Shown here piece after piece: positions 10,356 to 17,616 of a DNA stretch of 24,000 bases (positions are counted from its first letter, which is position 1; each line of letters opens with the position of its first letter). The notes under the pieces were generated by a model. The model ran no database searches and had not been told where the DNA came from. It was given only the letters and a program-made list of their open reading frames with translations. The stretch lies in contig NZ_UWOE01000001.1 in assembly GCF_900604355.1 (NCBI RefSeq), positions 292,617-316,616 of the forward strand, written 5' to 3'. This stretch comes from Luxibacter massiliensis. Its GTDB lineage: Bacteria > Bacillota > Clostridia > Lachnospirales > Lachnospiraceae. A program made the translations under genes and the position numbers.

Positions 10356-11275
10356 ACCTGAAACAGTTAGAGGCATTTGTATCAGTAGCCGAGGAGGGAA
10401 GCTTTTCAAAAGCGGCAAAGGCCTTGTTCTTGACGCAGCCAACTGTGAGCGCGCACATTTCTTCTTTGGAGCAGGAATTAAATGTCCGCCTGTTTGTGAG
10501 AAATACGAAAGAGGTGAATTTATCTGACAGCGGCAGGATATTGTATGAGTACGCAAAACAGATGGTTGTTCTGGAGAAAAAGATAGAGGCGGCGTTTGAT
10601 GGGACGAGAAAAGAGGAAGGGCACAGCATCAGGATTGCCGCTTCAACTGTTCCTGCCCAGTATCTGCTGCCGTCTATACTCACAGCTTTTAGCAGGAAGT
10701 ATCCCAGGGAGCAGCTGAAGATTACAGAGACAGATAGTGCGGGAGTCGTGGAACAGATTGTAAACCACAATGCAGATATAGGTTTTACAGGCACTGTCCT
10801 GGAGAAAAAGCATTGCTGCTATATTCCTTTTTACAGAGATGAGCTAATTGTAATAACCCCCAATACAGAAAAATTCAGATTTCTTAAGGAGAAAGACGGG
10901 ATAAATACTGAGGACAGATCATGGATTCAGAATGAACCCGTTATTATGCGTGAGGAAGGATCTGGGACGCGCAAGGAGGCGGAGAGACTTTTGAAAAGTG
11001 TTGGGATAGCGGTGAGGGATCTGAACATTGTGGCGACTATAGAGAACCAGGAGACGATTAAGCGGCTGGTGGGCAGTGGGACTGGCATTTCTATTATTTC
11101 CCGGCTGGCGGCTGAAGAAGAAATAGAGGAAGAAAAGGTGCTCAGCTTTCCCCTGGGAGGAGAAGATGAAAGGAGGAATATCAATGTTATTTATAATAAA
11201 AACCTCCAGCTTACAGCTACAGGAGAAAGTTTTCTGCGTATGGTCAGGAAGGTCTATCCAGAGAATGCTGTCTGA
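10352..11275 (+). CDS. LysR family transcriptional regulator, probably selenium-metabolism associated by context
   Basis: MNLKQLEAFVSVAEEGSFSKAAKALFLTQPTVSAHISSLEQELNVRLFVR HTH. 4-nt ATGA overlap with the selB stop suggests translational coupling. Confidence 0.92.
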   Translation: MNLKQLEAFVSVAEEGSFSKAAKALFLTQPTVSAHISSLEQELNVRLFVRNTKEVNLSDSGRILYEYAKQMVVLEKKIEAAFDGTRKEEGHSIRIAASTVPAQYLLPSILTAFSRKYPREQLKITETDSAGVVEQIVNHNADIGFTGTVLEKKHCCYIPFYRDELIVITPNTEKFRFLKEKDGINTEDRSWIQNEPVIMREEGSGTRKEAERLLKSVGIAVRDLNIVATIENQETIKRLVGSGTGISIISRLAAEEEIEEEKVLSFPLGGEDERRNINVIYNKNLQLTATGESFLRMVRKVYPENAV

Positions 11276-11338
11276 GGCCGAGATATTGCTGAAGTCTGAG
11301 TAGGATAAAATTTAAAGGCACACGGCTGTACAGATTTC

Positions 11339-11594
11339 TATACCCAAAGGGCACCCCATAAAGCAGGCCCCCAAAGGGCGGGCGGACTGTGTCCGACAAG
11401 GCATACCCAAAGGGCACCCCATAAAGCAGGCCCTCAAAGGGCGGGCGGACTGTGTCCGACAAGGTATACCCAAAGGGCACCCCATAAAGCAGGCCCCCAA
11501 AGGGCGGGCGGACTGTGTCCGACAAGGTATACCCAAAGGGCACCCCATAAAGCAGGGCTCAAGGGGCGGACGGACTGTGTCCGACAAGGTATAT
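11339..11594 (+). repeat. Tandem repeat array 1, 4 units of about 63 bp (63, 63, 63, then a 62-bp variant)
   Basis: Unit TATACCCAAAGGGCACCCCATAAAGCAGGCCCCCAAAGGGCGGGCGGACTGTGTCCGACAAGG. TACCC occurs at 11341, 11404, 11467 and 11530. Each unit contains CGGAC-TGT-GTCCG. Confidence 0.97.
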
Positions 11595-11745
11595 CTTTTG
11601 GGGCATGGATGTAATAAATTGGCTGTAGGCCTTTAGCAGGGTATATATAGGGGATATCTATATATACTCTTTATTTATGTTGGTTTTCAATTAGACTCTG
11701 CCTGTGGCGGAGAGTATACTAAAAATGTACATGGGGGATAAAGAT

Positions 11746-12882
11746 ATGATTTATATGGATAATGCAGCAACAACAATGCAGAAGCCAAGGGAAGTGTCAG
11801 AGGCGGTGGTTCAGGCCCTGAACTCTATCGGAAATGCAGGCCGTGGGGCGACGGAAGCAGCTTTAAGTGCATCCAGGGTTATTTACGAGACGAGAGAGAG
11901 GCTTGGCCGCTTTTTTCATGCAGAGAATCCCAGGCGTATTGTGTTTACTGCAAATTCAACAGAAAGTTTGAATATCGCCATAAAAGGTGTTTTAAATCCA
12001 AATGACCATGTAGTTACTACAGTGCTGGAACATAATTCAGTACTGCGCCCATTGTACGAGTGCCAGGAGCATGGGACAAAGCTGACTATTGTGGACTGTG
12101 ATGAAAAAGGGCGCATTTCTTGTGAAATGCTTGAGGATGCTATTAGGGATGATACAAAAGCTGTGGTGTGTACTCATGGTTCTAATCTGACTGGCAATAT
12201 GACTGATATAGAAGAAATCGGGAGGATTGCAAAGAGGCATGGTGTGTTATTCATAGTAGACGCATCCCAGACAGCGGGGGTATTTCCTATAGATGTACAG
12301 AAGATGGGGATTGACATCCTTTGCTTTACTGGGCATAAAAGTTTGCTGGGCCCCCAAGGAACGGGAGGGATGTATGTGAAGGAGGGAGTGGATGTACGCC
12401 CTCTTTTAAGCGGAGGCAGCGGAGTAGATACATATAACACACATCATCCGTCAGATATGCCTACAGCTTTGGAGGCAGGGACTCTGAACGGCCATGGGAT
12501 AGCCGGGTTGGGAGCTGCACTTCTGTATCTGGAGCAGACGGGCATCGACAGTATCAGAGCCACGGAGCTGAGTCTGATGAGGCGCTTTTATGAAGGGATT
12601 TCTGCGGTACCTGGCGTAGAAGTCTATGGGGACTTCGGGACAGATATGAGATGTCCCATTGTTTCCTTTAACATCAGAGATTATGATTCTTCAGAAGTGA
12701 GTGACGAATTATTTGTAACCTACGGCATAGCAACCAGGCCTGGCGCCCACTGTGCGCCCTTAATGCACCAGGCGCTGGGGACCGAGGGACAGGGAGCCGT
12801 GAGGTTCAGCTTTTCTCACTATAATACGGAAGAGGAGATTGATTTCGCAATTCAGGCAATTAGAGAATTGGCAGAAGAGTAG
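11746..12882 (+). CDS. Aminotransferase class V-fold / cysteine desulfurase family protein in selenium cluster
   Basis: MIYMDNAATTMQKP, GNAGRGATEAAL, HNSVLRP, DASQTAGVFPIDV, FTGHKSLLGPQGTGGMYV, RPGAHCAPLMH. Preferred start is the ATG at 11746 (upstream GGGGGAT) rather than the GTG at 11704. Confidence 0.92.
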   Translation: MIYMDNAATTMQKPREVSEAVVQALNSIGNAGRGATEAALSASRVIYETRERLGRFFHAENPRRIVFTANSTESLNIAIKGVLNPNDHVVTTVLEHNSVLRPLYECQEHGTKLTIVDCDEKGRISCEMLEDAIRDDTKAVVCTHGSNLTGNMTDIEEIGRIAKRHGVLFIVDASQTAGVFPIDVQKMGIDILCFTGHKSLLGPQGTGGMYVKEGVDVRPLLSGGSGVDTYNTHHPSDMPTALEAGTLNGHGIAGLGAALLYLEQTGIDSIRATELSLMRRFYEGISAVPGVEVYGDFGTDMRCPIVSFNIRDYDSSEVSDELFVTYGIATRPGAHCAPLMHQALGTEGQGAVRFSFSHYNTEEEIDFAIQAIRELAEE

Positions 12883-12894
12883 GAGGGAAATCAA

Positions 12895-13992
12895 ATGAAT
12901 TTATCGGATTCAAAAGGAAAACTGGCCATTGCCGGTGTAATTTGCGGTCTTGTTGCTGTGTGCCTGGCTATTTTTGGGAACCCGGCAAACATGGCATTTT
13001 GTATTGCGTGTTTTATCCGTGACACGGCGGGCGCCCTGGGGATGCATCAGGCGGAGGCGGTGCAGTACGCAAGGCCTGAGATCATTGGATTAGTGCTGGG
13101 GGCATTTCTTATTTCAGTAGCTACAAAAGAGTACCGCTCCACCGCAGGTTCATCTCCTATGATACGGTTTGTGCTGGGGATGATTATTATGATAGGATCA
13201 CTCGTATTCTTAGGGTGTCCACTGCGTATGATTATAAGGATGTCAGCCGGTGACCTTAATGCATGGGTAGCGCTGATTGGGTTTATTTTAGGGATTGCAA
13301 CAGGCGTGTTTGCATTAAAGAAAGGGTTCAGCCTTGGCCGTGCACATGTCACAGGTAAAATGAGCGGGGGTGTGCTTTCGGTTCTTATGCTGGCAATTCT
13401 GGTGCTTGCACTGGCAACATCACTTTTAAAAGCAAGCGAGTCTGGCCCGGGAAGTATGCATGCGCCTTTGATCTTGTCATTAGTAGGCGGATTGATTTTT
13501 GGGGCTATGGCTCAAAAGTCCAGGATGTGTTTTGCCGGAGGGATCCGGGATGTCATCCTTATGAAGAATTTTGACTTACTGACAGTTATCGGGGGAATAT
13601 TTGTAGTAATGCTTATATTTAACATTGCTACCGGAAGATTCATACTGGGATTTGATACACCGGGAATCATTGCACACTCTGAACATTTGTGGAACATTCT
13701 TGGTATGTATACTGTAGGGTTTGCTGCAGTTCTTGCAGGAGGATGCCCTCTCAGGCAGCTGATACTTGCAGGGCAGGGTTCCTCTGATTCAGCCGTGACG
13801 GTAGTGGGAATGTTTATTGGGGCAGCAATCTGCCATAACTTCGGCCTAGCAGCCAGCGGTACAGCCTTAAATGCAGAGACAAACGAGGTAGTTGCAGGGG
13901 CAGTGCCTTTGTATGGAAAGATTGCAGTAATAATTTGTATAATAGTATGTTTTATTATTGCTTTCACCAATAAGAGGGAGCAGGCTAAATAG
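12895..13992 (+). CDS. yedE: YedE family putative selenium transporter
   Basis: Multi-helix membrane protein with YeeE/YedE repeats (FLGCPLRMIIRMSAGDLNAW; LAGGCPLRQLILAGQGSSDSAVTVVGMFIGAA). Selenium operon context. Confidence 0.9.
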   Translation: MNLSDSKGKLAIAGVICGLVAVCLAIFGNPANMAFCIACFIRDTAGALGMHQAEAVQYARPEIIGLVLGAFLISVATKEYRSTAGSSPMIRFVLGMIIMIGSLVFLGCPLRMIIRMSAGDLNAWVALIGFILGIATGVFALKKGFSLGRAHVTGKMSGGVLSVLMLAILVLALATSLLKASESGPGSMHAPLILSLVGGLIFGAMAQKSRMCFAGGIRDVILMKNFDLLTVIGGIFVVMLIFNIATGRFILGFDTPGIIAHSEHLWNILGMYTVGFAAVLAGGCPLRQLILAGQGSSDSAVTVVGMFIGAAICHNFGLAASGTALNAETNEVVAGAVPLYGKIAVIICIIVCFIIAFTNKREQAK

Positions 13993-14027
13993 AAGAGAAG
14001 TTGTTAAAAAGGTGACAATTAAGCCTA

Positions 14028-14065
14028 AAGGGGTCTGTCCCTTTTGCAAAAGGGACAGACCCCTT
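14028..14065. repeat. Perfect 38-bp palindrome (possible terminator or miniature dispersed element)
   Basis: AAGGGGTCTGTCCC-TTTTGCAAAA-GGGACAGACCCCTT is fully self-complementary. It shares its core with the palindrome at 22040-22085. Confidence 0.9.
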
Positions 14066-14134
14066 CGGGGTTCATCAGAAAAATAGTTGAATTATAAGTG
14101 ATTTAGTAGTATTCTGAGAAAGAAGGTTAATATT

Positions 14135-14338
14135 ATGAAAGAAGTAGATGCAAGAGGTCTGTCCTGTCCAGAACCTTTGATGATGACAGCGGAGGCTATG
14201 AAAGAGACATCGGGGCCAGTGAAGGTCCTGGTTACAGAGCCGCACCAGAAAATGAACGTGGAAAAATTTGCAAGAGAGCATGGGAGAAAAGCCGCGTCAA
14301 CAGAGACAGAAGATGGCTTCGCAGTAACAATCGAGTAG
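14135..14338 (+). CDS. TusA-like sulfurtransferase/sulfur-selenium carrier protein (67 aa)
   Basis: MKEVDARGLSCPEPLMMTAEAMKE matches the CPxP TusA signature. Located directly after yedE. Confidence 0.88.
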   Translation: MKEVDARGLSCPEPLMMTAEAMKETSGPVKVLVTEPHQKMNVEKFAREHGRKAASTETEDGFAVTIE

Positions 14339-14339
14339 A

Positions 14340-14576
14340 ATGAGAAAAAAAGAATTAAAACTGGTAGTCACATTTCACACAACAGCAGATGCTATGGCTA
14401 TGGAAAGTGCATGTAAAGGGATGAAAATCCCTGGGAGGCTGATTCCCGTGCCTCGCAGCCTGTCCGCCGGGTGCGGACTTTCCTGGTGTGCACAGCTTGA
14501 AGATAAATCTGTGCTTGAGGAAATGATGGAAGCAACTGCTATTGAATACGAAGCCATACAGGAATGTATGGTATAA
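14340..14576 (+). CDS. DUF3343 domain-containing protein (78 aa)
   Basis: KLVVTFHTTADAMAMESACKGMKIPGRLIPVPRSLSAGCGLSWCAQ resembles the DUF3343 family common in Se clusters. Starts 1 nt after the preceding stop. Confidence 0.82.
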   Translation: MRKKELKLVVTFHTTADAMAMESACKGMKIPGRLIPVPRSLSAGCGLSWCAQLEDKSVLEEMMEATAIEYEAIQECMV

Positions 14577-14584
14577 AAGGCCTT

Positions 14585-14662
14585 AAAAAGAGCCGGCACA
14601 GTAGACGCTGTTGCCATCACTATGTTTAGAGATGGCAGCAGATTCTCATGTGTCGGCTTTTT
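14585..14662. terminator. Large two-tier hairpin between convergent genes, probable bidirectional terminator
   Basis: AAAAAG(AG)CCGGCACA ... TGTGTCGGCTTTTT outer stem, with an inner CTGTTGCCATC/GATGGCAGCAG stem. Confidence 0.7.
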
Positions 14663-14715
14663 GAGTATACTTAAGGGCCGTGCTAATCAAACAGCCTTTT
14701 CTGGAAATAAAAGGG

Positions 14716-15321
14716 TCATGCTTTGCCTTTTTGTCCTATACCCTGTTTAAACCCATCCAGCACATGTGGCAGCAGCCTGTCGCTGTATGCGGAAAGTGAG
14801 TAATTGCCTCCGCAGAGTGCCCAGTCATATAGAAGTCCTCTCTCATACATAGTATATATTTTAATCAAGTCCTCTGAGGCTGAAGTATGGCTAAATTCGC
14901 CAGAGTGTATACCTTCTGTTATAATTTCGGATATTAGTTGGAAATAATAGCGGTCATCGTCCAGCAGCGAGCGGTTGTCCCGGGTAACCAGCTGTGAGGA
15001 GTATAAGGAGGCCAGCAAATTTAAATCAATACTGGTCTCAATCATATAAAACAGCTCGTGGTTGAGGAGCAGTAGTTTGTCTCTGGAAGAAAGGGTTTTA
15101 TCAAGGGATGCATTTATTTCTTCGTATTTTTGGTCAAAAAGATCAGACAATGTGGAAAGCAGAGCATCCTTTCCCTTGAAGTAGTGGTAAAAGGTTCCTT
15201 TTGATGTTTTGGAAAGTTTGATAATATCCTCTACAGTCGTATCATCGTATCCATTTTTGTAAAATAAATTCCAGGCGGCTTTTACGATTCTGCTTTTTGT
15301 ACTTTGTTTTTTACGGGGCAT
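14716..15321 (-). CDS. TetR/AcrR family transcriptional regulator
   Basis: TKSRIVKAAWNLFYKNGYDDTTVEDIIKLSKTSKGTFYHYFKGKDALL is a canonical TetR HTH. Confidence 0.93.
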   Translation of the reverse strand: MPRKKQSTKSRIVKAAWNLFYKNGYDDTTVEDIIKLSKTSKGTFYHYFKGKDALLSTLSDLFDQKYEEINASLDKTLSSRDKLLLLNHELFYMIETSIDLNLLASLYSSQLVTRDNRSLLDDDRYYFQLISEIITEGIHSGEFSHTSASEDLIKIYTMYERGLLYDWALCGGNYSLSAYSDRLLPHVLDGFKQGIGQKGKA

Positions 15322-15589
15322 AATAATCTCACTCTCCTTATAAAATTTAGATATTCTTTACATAGTAAGTATAACACATCTAAAGGCATTCTTTAACCCT
15401 TGTCACTATGAGCGGGAAAACATAGTGCAATAAAATTCTAAGTTACCGATGTGATAAATATGGAAAAAGAGCTGTTACAAAACGAATTTCAGACAAAATA
15501 ATAGTATTGAAAGAAGACTTAGACTATCTCTTGCCGGATATTAACATTTTGCAACAGCTCCCCTATAATTAAACTTCCACACCTAAAGG

Positions 15590-15880
15590 ACCCCCAAGGG
15601 GCGGGCGGACTTCGTCCGACAAGGTATACCCAAAAGGCACCCCATAAGGCAGGCCCCAAGGGGCGGGCGGACTTCGTACGACGAGGTATACCCAAAGGGC
15701 ACCCCATAAAACAGGCCCCCAAGGGGCAGGCGGACTTCGTCCGACAAGGTATACCCAAAGGGCACCCCATAAGGCAGGCCCCCAAGGGGCGGGCGGACTT
15801 CGTCCGACAAGGTATACCCAAAGGGCACCCCATGAAACAGGCCCCAAAGGGGCGGGCGGACTTCGTCCGACAAGGTATAT
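15590..15880 (+). repeat. Tandem repeat array 2, 5 hairpin units of 62-63 bp, related to array 1
   Basis: CGGAC-TTC-GTCCG-type hairpins begin at 15606, 15668, 15731, 15794 and 15857. Unit GTATACCCAAAGGGCACCCCATAAGGCAGGCCCCCAAGGGGCGGGCGGACTTCGTCCGACAAG, same orientation as array 1. Confidence 0.97.
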
Positions 15881-15940
15881 TTATTGAACTGGTAATTTTC
15901 AATAAGATATTAGTTTCAAAATTGTATTGGCCTGCAGGCT

Positions 15941-16978
15941 TTACTCTCCGCGGGATACTTTAAAACCATATTTGAGAGGGTCATCAGGGTCGATTACATA
16001 AGTGGACTCTCCTGTGACATAAGCGCTTCCCGTAATTTGAGGAATCACCGCGTGAAACGCCCCAACTGTTGTCTCCTCTTTTATGACTCCTTTAAATTGA
16101 GAACCGATAAAACTTTCATATACAAATGGTTCTCCAATTTTAATCTCTCCCCGTGAGTACAATGTGGCAAGTTTTGCGCTTGTGCCTGTTCCACAGGGGG
16201 ACCGGTCAGCCATATAATCTCCGAAAATTACTACGTTTCGATAATCACATCCTTCTGTCCCTGTGTGGCAGTACAATTCTGCCAGATCTACAGTGGTAAT
16301 ATCCAGTTCGGGATGCTTAATCTCCACTTCCCTATTTACTTGACGTACCAGCTTCATCCCAAAGTCAGTTAGTTTGGGAATGGATTCCTTGTCAACTGTC
16401 CAACCAAGTTGTTCGATATCCACCAGTGCAAAAAAACTTCCCCCGAATGCGATGTCATACTGAACTGATTTTCCGTCGATTACTGTAGTCAGGTTCTCTT
16501 TATATAGAAATGCCGGTACATTGGTGAGGGTGACATTAAGAACTTTATTATTCTTAACTTCTGCCTTTACACGAATAAGTCCGGCTGGAGCGTCCAATAC
16601 TACTTCTGTGTAAGGCTCTTTGGCAGGAACTAAACCTGCCTCAATTAAGGCAGTTGTAGTGCCGATAGTACCGTGGCCGCACATATTAAGATATTCGCCG
16701 GTATCCATGAATATAACACCAAAGTCGGCCTCAGGATTTACTGGCTCTGTGACCAGGGCGCCAAACATGTCGTGGTGCCCTCTGGGTTCAAACATAAGAG
16801 CCTGGCGGTACTTATCAAAATTTTTTGCCAAATACTGCTTGCGCTCCATCATGGTATTTCCTTTCAATTCTGGAAAACCAGACATAATAATACGGGTAAA
16901 TTCCCCCACGGTATGAGTATCGATAGCTTTGAAAGATGCTTCAAATGCGTCCAGGTTGATTTTGGGATTGTAATTCAT
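15941..16978 (-). CDS. prdF: Proline racemase family protein, PrdF-like
   Basis: IDTHTVGEFTRIIMSG, EPRGHHDMFGALV, MCGHGTIG and DRSPCGTGTSAKLATL carry both catalytic Cys motifs. Strong overall resemblance to the known clostridial proline racemase. Adjacent to the prd cluster. Confidence 0.93.
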   Translation of the reverse strand: MNYNPKINLDAFEASFKAIDTHTVGEFTRIIMSGFPELKGNTMMERKQYLAKNFDKYRQALMFEPRGHHDMFGALVTEPVNPEADFGVIFMDTGEYLNMCGHGTIGTTTALIEAGLVPAKEPYTEVVLDAPAGLIRVKAEVKNNKVLNVTLTNVPAFLYKENLTTVIDGKSVQYDIAFGGSFFALVDIEQLGWTVDKESIPKLTDFGMKLVRQVNREVEIKHPELDITTVDLAELYCHTGTEGCDYRNVVIFGDYMADRSPCGTGTSAKLATLYSRGEIKIGEPFVYESFIGSQFKGVIKEETTVGAFHAVIPQITGSAYVTGESTYVIDPDDPLKYGFKVSRGE

Positions 16979-17184
16979 AGTCCTTCCTCCTGATAGGTAG
17001 TTTATAGAATTTGTCTATAAATGATTTCCGGAAATATGTCTAAAATTATCGGCCTTTAAAGGATTTGCATTAATTAAGGAAAATATTCTGTCGGAATATG
17101 CTAATTAGTAATTTCCAAAACCATAAAATAGACTACATTCTAGTATGAAGTTCAGTTTATATTCATTATTATGTATGAAAACCC

Positions 17185-17213
17185 TTGAAAAGTCAACGAT
17201 TATTTGATAATAT
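17185..17213 (+). promoter_or_regulatory. Candidate sigma70-type promoter upstream of selC
   Basis: TTGAAA (17185-17190), 17-bp spacer, TAATAT (17208-17213), about 107 bp upstream of the tRNA 5' end. Confidence 0.55.
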
Positions 17214-17319
17214 AAAAACGTAATAAGGCAAAAATAAATTATTGGATAGTATGTAGGATTTACAAAATTTTTAATGCTTTTTGTCGGCTGGCTGCTTTTT
17301 ATGCCAGTATAGGTGATTT

Positions 17320-17417
17320 GGGGGTAGAAAGGTAACTGGTGTGCCTCCTGGTCTTCAAAACCAGTGTTGGGCGTTTGTAGCGTCCTGGGTGGGTTCGATT
17401 CCCACATACCTCCGCCA
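17320..17417 (+). tRNA. selC: tRNA-Sec (anticodon TCA), 98 nt including CCA
   Basis: GGGGGTAG acceptor 5' arm pairs with ATACCTCC for seven of eight pairs. Anticodon arm CTGGT-CTTCAAA-ACCAG, long variable arm TTGGGCG..CGTCCTGG, T arm GTGGG-TTCGATT-CCCAC, encoded GCCA end. Confidence 0.95.
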
Positions 17418-17616
17418 AAAAAAATCTGCGGCATATATGCAGATTGATTTATAGATAGTATGAATAATTGAAATACCATGCACCAGACTGTACAGGTTTG
17501 CGCTGAGGCAGAGCCGGGGGGATGGGTAATACCTCCTTTCAGGCGCGGAAAGTTTCAGGCATGGCTGATTTGAGTAAAACTGGTCAGGTAAGAATAAATC
17601 TAAAAGGAGAACGGAC

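Noticed and set aside
11244-11587. Minus-strand ORFs 11244-11543 and 11312-11587 encoding 21-aa repeats (MGCPLGIPCRTQSARPLGACF)
   Set aside because: The period 63 is a multiple of 3, so tandem copies stay open in several frames. Overlapping versions exist in different frames, there is no convincing RBS, and the pattern is explained by the DNA repeat.
11339-15880. CRISPR array interpretation of the two tandem arrays
   Set aside because: There are no unique spacers; the whole 63-bp unit is conserved, and no cas genes are nearby.
15519-15902. Three overlapping minus-strand ORFs over array 2
   Set aside because: Same repeat artefact; all three frames give low-complexity peptides, with no independent evidence of translation.
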